Virus record (IMG/VR): IMGVR_UViG_3300045971_000577
Coordinates: 305,146 to 369,145 of that record
Strand: one strand, 5' to 3'
Length of the DNA stretch: 64,000 nucleotides
How positions within the stretch are numbered: the stretch's first letter is position 1; each line of letters begins with the position of its first letter. The position numbers were made by a program, and so were the translations under genes. Shown one piece after another: positions 41,901-49,967 of this stretch. The notes below the pieces were generated by a model. It saw nothing but the letters and a program-made list of their open reading frames with translations, was not told the origin of the DNA and did not search any database.

Positions 41901-42515
41901 AAAATTGTTAAGGTATTACAAGGAACTGCGGACGGCAGGTACGTTTACTATGTTGTAGAACAATTAAATCCAAATGTTGCTGTAAAGAGTTATAAGGCAG
42001 TTACTATAGAAAACAGTGCAATCAAACTCCTTGACACTATCTACAGTGTTCAGAATGTATATGGGTTATCTACCGAACTAAGGGCATTGCTAAACGCATT
42101 CAGATCTCAAGTAATGATTGACAGTTATATTGTTGATCAGAATGAATTGTTCTTTTCTATGCTGAATTATGTTGTAAGCGAACAAAGAAATCCAGACTGG
42201 GTGTTCAAGTCATCATATATCTTTGTTAAGGAAAATAACAAACCATTATCGCAGAGTAAGATTACGGTGCCGAGCCAAATCAGTAACGTCATTGCGTATA
42301 TTACTGACTCGAAGCCATATCACACTCAAGTTAGAGATTATACCAGCACATATAACACGGCTGATACCGCAACTGGTACTGTTACAGAAGGAATAGTCAT
42401 AGAATCGATAGATTACGAGCCATGGGATGAAAATCTAACATTAGCGTGGGAATCCACTGCATGGGATAATACTACTGCACCGGTAGTATTATTAAATCTA
42501 CCGCTACCCACTTAG
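32940..42515 (+). CDS. Giant baseplate wedge / structural protein (gp7-like position)
   Basis: 3191 aa after gp6; FYQGAIRQKGT, KPYHT motifs; internal GSGY repeats. Confidence 0.75.
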   Translation: MTQYIKKLPAVFQTVTEKKFFDATFDQVLSKKDSDLLNGYLGRRNPGNYNPITDFYLPESNKNRTWWQLEATAFARTEDSTKSNIFFYEDLLNRITSLGGNTLNQDRLFESEYYSWAPPIDVDMFMNYQNYYWIEQGLPAITITGTTWAAIKANDMVTPVGATPAGVTLSSGMTLVLPDDPAYPDSMVIENFGGCRGFELITQNTGTTAGTIYEFLPWDGIIELSTGRVIQNLIWDATTWDTQPQPATGDYITIQRGSADSNSWSTTNRWFNIQTISQAMAITNTTFPQNATRGLRPIIQFIADLVLYPLGNTKVSVNQAPLFQLYDHEGIELDNVTTYPNSTFAGSKIFSYKENTVAGASIDSILKFPLTYGESGQTTDIIFQNNLITDRYTYNEIDPVAGYYYYRTISTLADPLPLLFNNWNLYNLCDCADISPTPPANCIEKSKQRVIDKFVVGYGTQYQFRLSVTPYGYTAGGGTVQPASDIIVSVNDKEIFPYSIANTNGYTLEEINNEVYVVLSSYLTNLLTITQSRAPVVEVQTYTHSNLNPEASGYFEIPQQLEANPNQEEVGDIGIGSLIQQFSSIISNQIGFAGTAFGGNNNYSELRKNRSIGSYILQNTAPLLKAMLVSSSDDLDFIIAERFSQDEYTKFKNKFLRVAKQLIDQGFNPTQLNNGTILTSEWVGEIIRILGISKEFSSAFAYSHMIANGAPDTIQNVSVPALLQTTLANYADLLNVQNALYVYNTTGTEKILMIGRDYTVATTSTTITVDFIPTGGNVAIGDSVYFYIYKNPLPAYIPSTPTKLGMYQTYIPRTELDTSYAIPSNVIIGHDGSKTIAYGDYRDNLLLDLETRIYNLLNSKFHNQYTPPVRLESVKPGYFRQTRYSRQEFLDITESYLNKWSAKNKANYRANDWVSASAVTPVNQLWKLYNYSAVDLPGNWKGIYQYYYDTIFPNTRPWEMLGFSSQPSWWTAEYGTDYTPTNAHMWADLENGIIRQGPTAIYNPVTGLPQEQPMWARPGLAAIIPVDALGDIVPVPALFSIPIASDYAPFDYFDADWKYGDGSPVEQAWMSTSGYAFTVQEFLYLMKPAEFGELLWDTVGTELSPGMISDPTGLPPGIDLPVRSSVNWQYVQNDQYTNDDPFFTWMRPKNKDQLVHAESIDGVIQVRYGYQRWISDRVLFLGMDVTSTFGQKIRTLDVNLANKFGGFTNKDTSTTYIESVTSGATNSTLLVPSNNFDVILHKSPPVDTYAYSGIVVRSLADGTFVIYGYDLQNSEFITLDRSNAKLIDITIGGTPDKFSQFISGETYNKGDIVRYNGVFYLAVITHVATKFTTTNWQKLRALPIAGGISVTYKPVSESTITKYPYGSILKSAQEVFDLMIGWGAYLESRGWDFTDVNQDTNIVSDWLYSAKQFLFWLNTAWAPDAAIQLSPLANTAKLTVKTGYPNDVENIYNGVYSILDKFGVAIPTDQTVTDRDGQTITVSPVDVSAGGIFFLQVSTSETEHVLIFDNSTNFGDVVYSPLLRTRQQRLRFNGFRSNGWYGKMEAPGYLVIDNQLVPNFDTIVEAMRYYYDPNITIDNPSLEDLGRHLIGYESKSYLDNLELANDVQYLFYQGAIRQKGTKQAFDKLFRSTKIQNDDVIEVYEEWALKVGDFGNTVEQVSTEFKLQPEQNTGEVIVARLNFVASSIGMVKQINILNATQIYKTVPIITIASPDTSIVGWRQAKAYAVLDSIGRISRVDISDSGYGYLSAPSVIVSTPISTDELYAVWQGEIIKDTSVDNIINIDIDQTDVWTVRPTDPEYALEFPVTPQLDYPVPNAGYVNFDDVDLYSFDAASMKAAWGSRAFNPVEDNTLWIANTFTQDWGVYNLVKYANDFAVVDAGGGNLQLLTKKTDPLITPQFSTTGETTDFGNMLVMQVIEATATAVIDSPGSQAAGTVDIIGPTLAELSANVAGGGVISLTIVEPGSGYLSLPAITTITIDPPVKEDASMSCVVVNGVVTTVNIDNGGMGYDQTGTTVVVTPPVLTNAFATATVIGNEVTELTLTNPGSGYAVAPTVVIDSPRRQAVASAEISGGLVTGVSVINNGSGYLASVTTSISIDPPIPNTATATVIIGGVSGTGIESITMTNQGAGYISTPGFTIISAGGPGVAANISPIIASGKVTGFSVTSQGSGYILPVTIIIDAPPAGVTATGTATIIEGKVSEIIITNPGTSYISEPQITIDPPTGITPIATATIANGTVATVSYASAGLSGYAFIPTVTIDQPTGVVATFVPTVVDGIITGHGAISGGTGYTSIPAITVSKPNGVQAQGVATIVSESIFSVSTVGTEGSGYVSAPNVTVSSPTGAGRLTNPVVTDGGFGYSIPPIIAISGDGAGATAHTVLTGDKVTSIVIDTVGLGYTSATLVIAPPDGIIGDIILDKVGSNYTVVPEVEIIADLLDFTGAGAEAIATIAGGVVTGITITNRGSGYTFTPTVKIKPPTTIGGSTNFALGFSYNSADSDSDLTYYHYDLLNIDDTNITSDEIADYVNFTNLMLFKTMRFAEISDANLIGTYVSLDDKVWIDGIAAQQWSVKKYVSPGVWTDYRVQEDLINSSLFQSASVFSTNTQNELVRLPVYDPFKNILPGMARQNISYMSLQDPARYNITSNDRLRADTITFGPAQVGKLWWDLSQTKYVYYEQPIALDARPLAEREIENLVYRRDQWGQIFPGSTVAIYEWVQSDVVPTEYTGTGTPRDVTSYVQLVTSNRFTDIVETKYYFWVLNTTDKPNTENRTLAALETSRLLQSPKSQGYAFFAPIQQTATNNSYMFFNVQEILAYQGNNIQIQYRVTERNDQQHTQWAFFREGDTSSFVTDQFWNKMVDSLCAYTRPLPLSDEYSNSIDMGDGTEILPVPDPTLSSGEKYGVQYRPRQSMFTNLANARKIFTQSANSLLQYIPIRDTDPSWNADIATSIYWIYTNWVEVGYETTTPDYAYQTLAEASAAITNIAVGKIVKVLQGTADGRYVYYVVEQLNPNVAVKSYKAVTIENSAIKLLDTIYSVQNVYGLSTELRALLNAFRSQVMIDSYIVDQNELFFSMLNYVVSEQRNPDWVFKSSYIFVKENNKPLSQSKITVPSQISNVIAYITDSKPYHTQVRDYTSTYNTADTATGTVTEGIVIESIDYEPWDENLTLAWESTAWDNTTAPVVLLNLPLPT
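38690..40380 (+). repeat. About 14 copies of a ~40-aa beta-rich repeat in the giant protein
   Basis: ATATxxxGxVTxITITNxGSGYxxxPTVTIxPP-like units. Confidence 0.8.
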
Positions 42516-42538
42516 TAAAGTATGTATATATTTTCAGT

Positions 42539-42546
42539 GATAAATA
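42539..42546 (+). promoter_or_regulatory. Late promoter GATAAATA
   Basis: Upstream of 42569. Confidence 0.65.
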
Positions 42547-42568
42547 AGCAAATACAATAAGGTAAGAT

Positions 42569-43255
42569 ATGCTCTTAGACGTAGTAAAAATGTCAATTCA
42601 GGGTTTTGTAAAGATTGTCGACAAGGACACAGGCGAAGTTCTTGTCGATACTCATAACGACGTACTTTATGGAAACATGTCGGTGGCCCTAGCGCATGCG
42701 CTCGTCGGTAATCCGGACAGCTTTCTGTATTATATGGCATTTGGTGATGGTGGTGCGTACGATACGCTAGGCGTAAATTATAGGCAGACAATGGGCGAAT
42801 TATCAGGCTCAGCAAAAAATCCTGTAGCTAATCTATATAACACACTATACGTCAAAAAAATATCTAACGATGCTACTTCCTCCGGCAGCTATAATCAACT
42901 ATCACGAGCTTATATTCCTATCGAAAACTTCTCAACTGATTACGAAGATATCACCATCGATGTTATCATAAGTGCCAGTGAACCCCCTACCGGAGTAATA
43001 CAGGATGCTGCAACAAATACTATAAAATTTAACGAGATTGGATTATTTGCGGGATCTGATAATTTGTTTGCCGGCGCATTTACCCAAACGCTCGGCGATG
43101 TAACAAATTTTCAAAATCAGACACCTAACTTTTCAAATGCCTCTGGCACAAAATCAAAATTGATGCTAACTCATGTTATCTTCAATCCTATCATCAAAGT
43201 AGCGATTCAGTCGCTCGAAATCATTTACACTTTACGCATCCAAATGGGTGCATAA
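42569..43255 (+). CDS. Baseplate / tail-fibre attachment structural protein
   Basis: MAFGDGG, FNEIGLF, MLTHVIFNPIIK..IYTLRI; between the wedge and fibre genes. Confidence 0.6.
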   Translation: MLLDVVKMSIQGFVKIVDKDTGEVLVDTHNDVLYGNMSVALAHALVGNPDSFLYYMAFGDGGAYDTLGVNYRQTMGELSGSAKNPVANLYNTLYVKKISNDATSSGSYNQLSRAYIPIENFSTDYEDITIDVIISASEPPTGVIQDAATNTIKFNEIGLFAGSDNLFAGAFTQTLGDVTNFQNQTPNFSNASGTKSKLMLTHVIFNPIIKVAIQSLEIIYTLRIQMGA

Positions 43256-43271
43256 ACCAAGGACTTATAAC

Positions 43272-44570
43272 ATGCCCTACACAATATATCATGCAGACGG
43301 ATTACAAGTAACTGTTCCAGACAATGCAATTTCCGCAAGTTTCTATAGCGGAATAATGCCGTCGTCGGGCGGCGCCGGAGTGGGTATCGGTTTAGTCGGA
43401 CAGAATGCGGTAAGCTATGGTGCCATTACAGCACAGAACTTCTTACAGATAACTGAAAACTTCGCCAACACAACTGCACCAACCAATGCTATTACTGGGC
43501 AGACCTGGTTCAATACAACAACCGGGTTACTTGAAGTGTACAACGGCTCGTGGGATCATGTTGGAGGAGTAAGGCGATTCAACACCAGAACCGGTGATAT
43601 TACTCTGCTCGATACTGATGTAATATCCGCGTTAGGATATACACCGGGTTCTGGTGGTGGAACAGTGTCGTCTGTTGACGCGTCGGGCGGCACAACTGGA
43701 TTATCATTTACTGGTGGCCCAATTACAACATCGGGAACATTGACACTCGGTGGTGTGCTCGGTGTGTCAAATGGCGGAACTGGGCAGACAACGCAAGGCG
43801 GCGCAGCCAATGCAGTTCTTCCATCGCAATCAAGCCACAGTGGGCAGTTTCTAACAACAGATGGAACAAATGCATCCTGGGCTGCCGTTAGCGGCGGTGG
43901 CGGCGGAGTGGTAACCGCTATAAGCGCGCTCGGCACACAGGGTGTGACAGCTTCGGTAACCGGCACCGCAGCAATTCCAGTTATCAATATCGGACTCGGA
44001 TCTATTACCCCTATCTCTGTGACTACCTCGGGCGACGTTGTATCGGGAGAACTAGGCGTCGCTGGCAGCGCCCAGTTACACCCGGGTGGATCACTCAATT
44101 CGGGAGAAATAGCATTTTATAGTCCTGCCGGAGTACGCCAAGGCCGCATTGGCTTGGCATCGATAGCTGCCGGGGTTGACTTAGGAACCATTCCGTATGT
44201 GGCTGGAACTCATCAATTTGTCGGTGACATCACTGCAACTGGCAACATTACTGCATCCGCTTCTGATCGTCGCTTGAAGACAAATCTCACAAGAATCGGC
44301 GAAGCAGTAGCCAAAGTCCAGCAGCTCACGGGCTACACGTATAACTGGGATCAACAAGTATGTAAAGAGGCAGGTTTCATATATAGTACAGAACGACAAG
44401 TCGGTGTTGTTGCACAGGACGTGCAATCTGTACTTCCCGAGGCAGTTGCTCCTGCACCGGCAAATCACGATTACCTAACTGTTAGATATGAAAAGCTTGT
44501 TGCACTGCTTATCGAAGCAGTTAAAGAACAGGCAGAAGAAATAGCAGCAATCAAAGAACTACTGAAGTAA
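43272..44570 (+). CDS. Tail fibre with C-terminal intramolecular chaperone (peptidase S74)
   Basis: Start MPYTI after AAGGA; AQNFLQITENFA..P..GQTWFN; SDRRLKTN..GVVAQDV..VRYEKLVALLIEAVKE. Confidence 0.88.
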   Translation: MPYTIYHADGLQVTVPDNAISASFYSGIMPSSGGAGVGIGLVGQNAVSYGAITAQNFLQITENFANTTAPTNAITGQTWFNTTTGLLEVYNGSWDHVGGVRRFNTRTGDITLLDTDVISALGYTPGSGGGTVSSVDASGGTTGLSFTGGPITTSGTLTLGGVLGVSNGGTGQTTQGGAANAVLPSQSSHSGQFLTTDGTNASWAAVSGGGGGVVTAISALGTQGVTASVTGTAAIPVINIGLGSITPISVTTSGDVVSGELGVAGSAQLHPGGSLNSGEIAFYSPAGVRQGRIGLASIAAGVDLGTIPYVAGTHQFVGDITATGNITASASDRRLKTNLTRIGEAVAKVQQLTGYTYNWDQQVCKEAGFIYSTERQVGVVAQDVQSVLPEAVAPAPANHDYLTVRYEKLVALLIEAVKEQAEEIAAIKELLK

Positions 44571-44571
44571 T

Positions 44572-46074
44572 ATGACATTACCAATTTATCCAAATTCAAT
44601 CTCCCTAAGTCAGATTCGTGACGAGTTTGGCCAAACCGGCGTCGCATCCTTGATGAGTTATTATGCAGGTGGTGGTATAGTACCACTTGGCACAATAGGC
44701 TATCCCGACGGTGTTACACCCACACCGGTCCCCACTAGTGGTGCAATTTCGTTTAGAAGTTTCTATGGAACCTCCTTAATTACTATATTCATTTATTATT
44801 CTAGTGGTACTTTTTCTGTTCCCAGCACTGTCACCAATATGCAGATTCTAACTGTTGGTGGTGGTGGTGGCGGTGGTGGCGCACCACCATTCTCGGGAGA
44901 TGGCGCAGGTGGTGGCGGCGCCGGAGGCGCAAACTACTTTAGAAATTTTTCAGTAACACCTAGTTCTACTCTTAACATTACTATAGGTGGCGGCGGCCCA
45001 GGCGCCTTCACCGGTGGCGGCACATCGGGTACCGGCACAATTATACTCGGCACCGGCGTTGATGTCAGCGCATTGGGCGGCGGTGGTGGCGGCGGTGGCA
45101 ATACTGGCGAGAGACAAGGTCTAAATGGTGGCAGTGGTGGTGGTGGCTGCGGATATGCAGGTGGCCCGTCATTCAGCGGCGGCAAACCGGTAACCCCACT
45201 CAATTATGCCGGGCCGCAACTAGCAAGTTTCGGCTGCGCTGGTGCATATGCTAGTATTAATGCACCAGGTGGTGGTGGCGGTGGTGCGTTTTCCGAAGGT
45301 ATACCGTCGAATTCTAACACCGACGGTCCTAACACCGACGGTGGCGGTGGCATGGCTATAACTATCGCCAGTCAAACATTTAGTGTCGCCGGTGGCGGTG
45401 GTGGAGGCGCAAACGGCAACCTGCTAGGCAATGGCACCGGAACCTACGGTGGAGGTAACGGAGGAGACGGATTTACTGCACCCGGTGCCGGCGGTGTCGG
45501 CACCGGTGGCGGTGGCGGCGGTGGTGTAGCATCCACCGGTGGTTCCACCGGTGGAAATGGCGGCAGTGGACTTGTTGTATTAGCATTTACTGAAACATTC
45601 CCGTCGAGCACAGTGTATCCAGTAATCAACACTGGTGTCAACTGCGTATCGGCTCTGCCCGGATTTAATAATGTAACAGCTACCGCATCAGTCAATAACG
45701 ACGGCTCAATCACGACGACAACAGCCGGCTCCGGAACTATAGTATCGAATACAGTTGGTGATCTAAACTGGTACTCCTCCCCGGGAGTTGGCGTTGGAAA
45801 TGCATACTGGATTAGATTTGCAGTCACTGATGTCGGTGACAGTCCTGTTACGCATAGCACTACACCTAATGTATGGTATCCATTAACCACAGGCTACACT
45901 TTTACAGCCAATGTGGTAGTTACTACTGGCGGTGTGATCACATCAGCTGCTACTATTCTCTATGCGATATCGACTACAAATGATGAGTCGGGTAGGGTAA
46001 GTACCGGAAATATCGGAATGCATGTCGAAGCAGAAGGCGGTGGCGGTGGCGGTGGCGGTGGCCCCGAGCCATAA
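44572..46074 (+). CDS. Glycine-rich tail fibre tip / virion protein
   Basis: N-terminal ISLSQIRDEFG..SYY..SGAISF..FYG, typical of the gene after an S74 fibre; Gly-rich domain. Confidence 0.75.
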   Translation: MTLPIYPNSISLSQIRDEFGQTGVASLMSYYAGGGIVPLGTIGYPDGVTPTPVPTSGAISFRSFYGTSLITIFIYYSSGTFSVPSTVTNMQILTVGGGGGGGGAPPFSGDGAGGGGAGGANYFRNFSVTPSSTLNITIGGGGPGAFTGGGTSGTGTIILGTGVDVSALGGGGGGGGNTGERQGLNGGSGGGGCGYAGGPSFSGGKPVTPLNYAGPQLASFGCAGAYASINAPGGGGGGAFSEGIPSNSNTDGPNTDGGGGMAITIASQTFSVAGGGGGGANGNLLGNGTGTYGGGNGGDGFTAPGAGGVGTGGGGGGGVASTGGSTGGNGGSGLVVLAFTETFPSSTVYPVINTGVNCVSALPGFNNVTATASVNNDGSITTTTAGSGTIVSNTVGDLNWYSSPGVGVGNAYWIRFAVTDVGDSPVTHSTTPNVWYPLTTGYTFTANVVVTTGGVITSAATILYAISTTNDESGRVSTGNIGMHVEAEGGGGGGGGGPEP

Positions 46075-46132
46075 CAGCTACGCAAATAAATAGTAGTTAA
46101 TAAAACAGTCACTAAGCCGTAACGGGAGTATA

Positions 46133-46705
46133 ATGTCGCATTTTGCTAAAATAGAAAATAATTCAGTAACACAAGTAATAGTCGCAGAGCAGTCTTTTAT
46201 CGACACTATGTCTGGTACATGGATTCAAACATCATATAATACTCGTGGTGGAATACACTACGGATCTGATAATCAACCCGACGGTGGTATAGCACTACGG
46301 GGAAACTACGCAGGTATCGGGTATGTTTACGATAGCATACTAGATGTCTTTTATCCGCCCAAGCCCAACAATTTATATCAGTTAAACGAGACTGTCTTCT
46401 TATGGGAACTAAAACCGGAGTATAGTCCGTTAGTTACTGCCGTAACACAGTCGCCGTTACCTACACTACCTACCGGTGTAATCGATAATACTATTGTTGT
46501 GAACGGAGTAACTATTAAAGATGGTCAGTATGTGTTATTCCCGGATCTTACAGTCGAATCTGGTGTATACAAATATACAACCGCAACCGGGATATTTACT
46601 CGAGTACCGTATAACGATTTTTCAGTGGTGGTAGTCGGCGAAGATTATTCAATTGTGTACAAATATGTAAATATAGATTGGGTAGGTACTGCGGTACAGC
46701 CATAA
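46133..46705 (+). CDS. Phage protein associated with Gly-rich fibres
   Basis: MSHFAKI..VTQVIVA..WIQTSYN..LRGNYAGIGYVYD..F..PKP. Confidence 0.7.
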   Translation: MSHFAKIENNSVTQVIVAEQSFIDTMSGTWIQTSYNTRGGIHYGSDNQPDGGIALRGNYAGIGYVYDSILDVFYPPKPNNLYQLNETVFLWELKPEYSPLVTAVTQSPLPTLPTGVIDNTIVVNGVTIKDGQYVLFPDLTVESGVYKYTTATGIFTRVPYNDFSVVVVGEDYSIVYKYVNIDWVGTAVQP

Positions 46706-46730
46706 TAAAAGGAGCCTAGGCTCCTTTTAT
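46705..46730. terminator. Bidirectional terminator
   Basis: Perfect palindrome ATAAAAGGAGCCTAGGCTCCTTTTAT between convergent genes. Confidence 0.85.
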
Positions 46731-47224
46731 CTTCTCATCTTTGCCGCATCCTCTGCGGCTTCCTTGCTAAACACCGGCTGCAAACAACTCTTGTGCATCA
46801 CCGTGATACCTATAATTTCCGACCCTGTATAAGTTGGCGACGGTTTAGACGAACACGGTCCGGTGATCCAAACATTGCGAGCCCCCACTTTACCGACACG
46901 TTGCGTGCTGGTGCCGCTATTGTCTGCCGAACTATTGCCAGTGATGGGAATCGCAACCGCGAGTGTAGTTTCGCAGCCCTGACGTGGTTTGGCATAGGCC
47001 GTCTTAGCTTCTTGAGTGACAGTCGCTTTTTCTTTCGTCTTTTTGCCGCGCCCATATATCCATTCTAGAAACTGTTCAAATGTTTCTTTAGGTAGTCCTA
47101 TTTCCCTGAGACGTTGATTTCTAGCACGCCAATCTCTTTCAAGTTCGGCTTGCTTAGCCTTTGTTATCTTTTCTTTACGCTTCTTATACGAAGTGGTAGT
47201 CAATGCCGGACTTGCTAGACTCAT
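46727..47224 (-). CDS. Hypothetical protein with a T4 61.1-like C-terminal motif
   Basis: YTGSEIIGITVMHKSCLQPVF; family assignment from memory. Confidence 0.55.
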   Translation of the reverse strand: MSLASPALTTTSYKKRKEKITKAKQAELERDWRARNQRLREIGLPKETFEQFLEWIYGRGKKTKEKATVTQEAKTAYAKPRQGCETTLAVAIPITGNSSADNSGTSTQRVGKVGARNVWITGPCSSKPSPTYTGSEIIGITVMHKSCLQPVFSKEAAEDAAKMRR

Positions 47225-47457
47225 TTCTTGATTGAAAATCTCTTTAGATATTCTTGTGCATCGGGTATCAGATTATCGAGATTTACTTCCTCGACCGCAT
47301 AAAATCTCTGCTTCATTGCTAATTCTGTTGAATACTGTGCCATTAGTTCAGATGCGTATTTGTGATCATCTTCACTAACATTATTATACCAATCCAGCAG
47401 TGTCTCTGGATCACAGCCGAGTAAGAAGTTTAGATTTCCCCTATCGTACTCATTCAT
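47221..47457 (-). CDS. Hypothetical protein
   Basis: Likely start MNEYDRGNLNFLL; overlaps neighbours in the operon. Confidence 0.65.
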   Translation of the reverse strand: MNEYDRGNLNFLLGCDPETLLDWYNNVSEDDHKYASELMAQYSTELAMKQRFYAVEEVNLDNLIPDAQEYLKRFSIKK

Positions 47458-47632
47458 CTTTGACACCAATAGTTTTAGCATATACACGAATAGCGTGTGC
47501 TGCCCTATAACAACCTGCCCCTTCGTTATGTTCGCCGGAATATACTCTTGCTTGCTCTTCTGCTATCTCAGCACATCTTTCGGCAACAAGTTTAGCGAGT
47601 ACTATCCATTCAGGATGAGATGTTTTATCCAT
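47450..47632 (-). CDS. Hypothetical protein
   Basis: Overlapping operon ORF. Confidence 0.6.
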   Translation of the reverse strand: MDKTSHPEWIVLAKLVAERCAEIAEEQARVYSGEHNEGAGCYRAAHAIRVYAKTIGVKDE

Positions 47633-47852
47633 GAGTTAGTATCCAATCATCGTCATCTGTTATATCTTCGTAGTCAATATTTTCGGGAGTAAAATCATCC
47701 TGATATCCATTCCTGAACATAGTTACCGCTTCAATTAAATCCAAGGCTTCTCGCTTTGTAAGATACAGCCGTGCATTATTTCGTTCAATCTCAATAATAA
47801 CCGTATTGCCACTGGCCCATTTGATTGTTGTAAGTTTTGACGGGGTTAGCAT
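47625..47852 (-). CDS. Hypothetical protein
   Basis: TAATG-coupled to the exonuclease gene. Confidence 0.6.
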   Translation of the reverse strand: MLTPSKLTTIKWASGNTVIIEIERNNARLYLTKREALDLIEAVTMFRNGYQDDFTPENIDYEDITDDDDWILTHG

Positions 47853-48370
47853 TACTTACCTTGTTTCGTTCTTGCCAACATCTTCAGCAATGCTTCGGCA
47901 TTACCCTTTGCATCATCCACAGGATTGTGCGTGTGCTTTGTTTCACGAAGATGTTTGAATGTGGCGTATAGATCTCGTTCCATGCCCTTGTAGAAAGAAC
48001 CCATATTAGCAGATGACCAACCAAACGGATTACGTCCAAGTTGATGCCAGAAGTAATAATTCATGAAAGCATAATCGAACCCGTTATTATCTGCCCAGAA
48101 AATTGGGCGCTTGCCAGGAATTTCTTTTTGCAACCATGCTTCGAAGTTCTGCATCGCATCCCGCGGGTCAGGAAACTTCATGGTTTGTTCTCGAGAGAAG
48201 CCACTAATTGCGAGAGCTTCAGGAATGTAGATCTCGGAGATAGGCTTCAGTTCAGCGTAAAAGGTTCGCTGAAATCCTGCTTCGACAATGACTGCACCAA
48301 AACAAATCATTGAGTGCATACCAGGACACGGACCGTCGGATTCGATATCTACCATTACATTTTGTGACAT
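47852..48370 (-). CDS. DEDDh 3'-5' exonuclease
   Basis: MVDIESDG, NGFDYAF, HNPVDDAKG. Confidence 0.88.
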   Translation of the reverse strand: MSQNVMVDIESDGPCPGMHSMICFGAVIVEAGFQRTFYAELKPISEIYIPEALAISGFSREQTMKFPDPRDAMQNFEAWLQKEIPGKRPIFWADNNGFDYAFMNYYFWHQLGRNPFGWSSANMGSFYKGMERDLYATFKHLRETKHTHNPVDDAKGNAEALLKMLARTKQGK

Positions 48371-48397
48371 AGTCTACTTTCTATTAGTTACTGTACA

Positions 48398-48426
48398 ATT
48401 ATACAGCAAATACAAAGAGATGTCAA
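48398..48426 (-). promoter_or_regulatory. Consensus sigma70 promoter
   Basis: TTGACA-17-TATAAT. Confidence 0.85.
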
Positions 48427-48788
48427 TACGGAATAATGGTTCCGTTTAGTTTCGAAGCTAGTGTAATGTTTGGAAGAATCAGGAACTGTAGATCAATCTG
48501 ACTACGTGGGAAAGGCTCAAATAGAATTTGATAGATAGATGTTGCTGCACCATACCGTACCATATAGCTTGCTAGGCCAAGTGTCGTAGTCTTATCAAAT
48601 ACTGTGTAGATGATATTGCCTAATCCATTGTTCATTGTGGAGAAATAGTAAACACTAGACCCACCATAATCACCGTAAGGTATAACGGAGTTTGTTTTGA
48701 TTGCATTGATTACCTGAGCCACGTTAGCCGAAATAGCAACTGTATTGTCGGTGGTGCTTACGCCGGTAGATGGATATGGATATTGCAT
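48423..48788 (-). CDS. Hypothetical protein, probably late
   Basis: GATAAATA at 48793-48800, 4 nt before the ATG. Confidence 0.65.
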   Translation of the reverse strand: MQYPYPSTGVSTTDNTVAISANVAQVINAIKTNSVIPYGDYGGSSVYYFSTMNNGLGNIIYTVFDKTTTLGLASYMVRYGAATSIYQILFEPFPRSQIDLQFLILPNITLASKLNGTIIPY

Positions 48789-48791
48789 CTA

Positions 48792-49061
48792 TTATTTATC
48801 AGGATCGAGCTTCAGTATACGCTCTTCGATCACCAGTTTTGTTTTGTCCGCACCGACCGCAAGATGTCCAAGCACGTACACCAATCCACCGCATGCAACA
48901 TATGTAAATAAATTACCCACAATCAGTGCGACCAGAATTAACAAGATTCCGAATGCAGAAATAAACCGTCCAGTAGTTGTGGCGGTAGTATGAATTACCC
49001 ACAGCTCGCCAAGATTCATCTTGTTGATCTTTTCAATCAAATCATTCTTTGCATCACTCAC
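48792..49061 (-). CDS. Two-TM membrane protein
   Basis: Two hydrophobic segments. Confidence 0.65.
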   Translation of the reverse strand: MSDAKNDLIEKINKMNLGELWVIHTTATTTGRFISAFGILLILVALIVGNLFTYVACGGLVYVLGHLAVGADKTKLVIEERILKLDPDK

Positions 49062-49749
49062 AGATTTCGCCCTTCAGTTTATAGAAATCTAACATCTCAA
49101 AAAATACACCAGGACAGTGTAAAAAATGACATCCTATCTGTTCCTCTAATATATCACGCGGAATACTAGGTACCAGCGATGTATCTTTTACTGCTTGTAC
49201 ATAATACGAAAATAAATCAGATAATGCGACCGGATCCATCCTTACGTTTCTAAAAGTATCAAATCTATATCTATGATTACGCACAATAGAATGTTGTCTG
49301 TATAACACGTGATTAGTAATGAACTCGACTACAGCAGCCTGAAAATCTATTAGTTCATTATTAAATAATATCAAATTATAAACAGATAGATCTTCATACG
49401 CTGCTCGCTCAAATGCATCAAATGGTAAAAATCCTATCCAATCACATCTATTGTCAGAACACATATTGCCTGATAATTTGTTGAACTTTGGGATGACCTT
49501 AGTAACACATTCTGCCATTACCTGCTCAAACATGGAGTTACATTCGAAGCTCCATCCGAAACTAACACGTAGAGATGCATTCTGTTCGATTATTTTCTTT
49601 ATACTCCGATCATCACCGGATTCAGAAGATCTAGGATATAGCCTACGACGATTTAATTGAGATAGTATCGGCCTATGGAGATCAACTATAATGTGATCAT
49701 GAAACCCAACCGGGCATGAAGTTGCTCTTGAAAGAATGAATCGATCCAT
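49054..49749 (-). CDS. Hypothetical protein, probably late
   Basis: 231 aa; GATAAATA at 49754-49761, 4 nt before the ATG. Confidence 0.65.
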   Translation of the reverse strand: MDRFILSRATSCPVGFHDHIIVDLHRPILSQLNRRRLYPRSSESGDDRSIKKIIEQNASLRVSFGWSFECNSMFEQVMAECVTKVIPKFNKLSGNMCSDNRCDWIGFLPFDAFERAAYEDLSVYNLILFNNELIDFQAAVVEFITNHVLYRQHSIVRNHRYRFDTFRNVRMDPVALSDLFSYYVQAVKDTSLVPSIPRDILEEQIGCHFLHCPGVFFEMLDFYKLKGEICE

Positions 49750-49782
49750 CAGATATTTATCTGATAGATGATTAGTTAGGTG

Positions 49783-49965
49783 TTAGTCAGCTTTACTCAT
49801 CAGACTCCATACCAATAGTGGTATCCACCCAATTATAGTCCACCCGACTAGTAAGTTTACCCATATACACACGGTCTTGTGTTTATGATTTCGTGACCGT
49901 GCAATAAAGGTTGGCAGAAACATTACCAACAACAGTAAAATCAGAACAATGACTTCCCCGAACAT
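49783..49965 (-). CDS. imm: Superinfection immunity protein (T4 Imm family)
   Basis: FLPTFIARSRNH...VNLLVGWTIIGWIPLLVWS. Confidence 0.85.
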   Translation of the reverse strand: MFGEVIVLILLLLVMFLPTFIARSRNHKHKTVCIWVNLLVGWTIIGWIPLLVWSLMSKAD

Positions 49966-49967
49966 GA

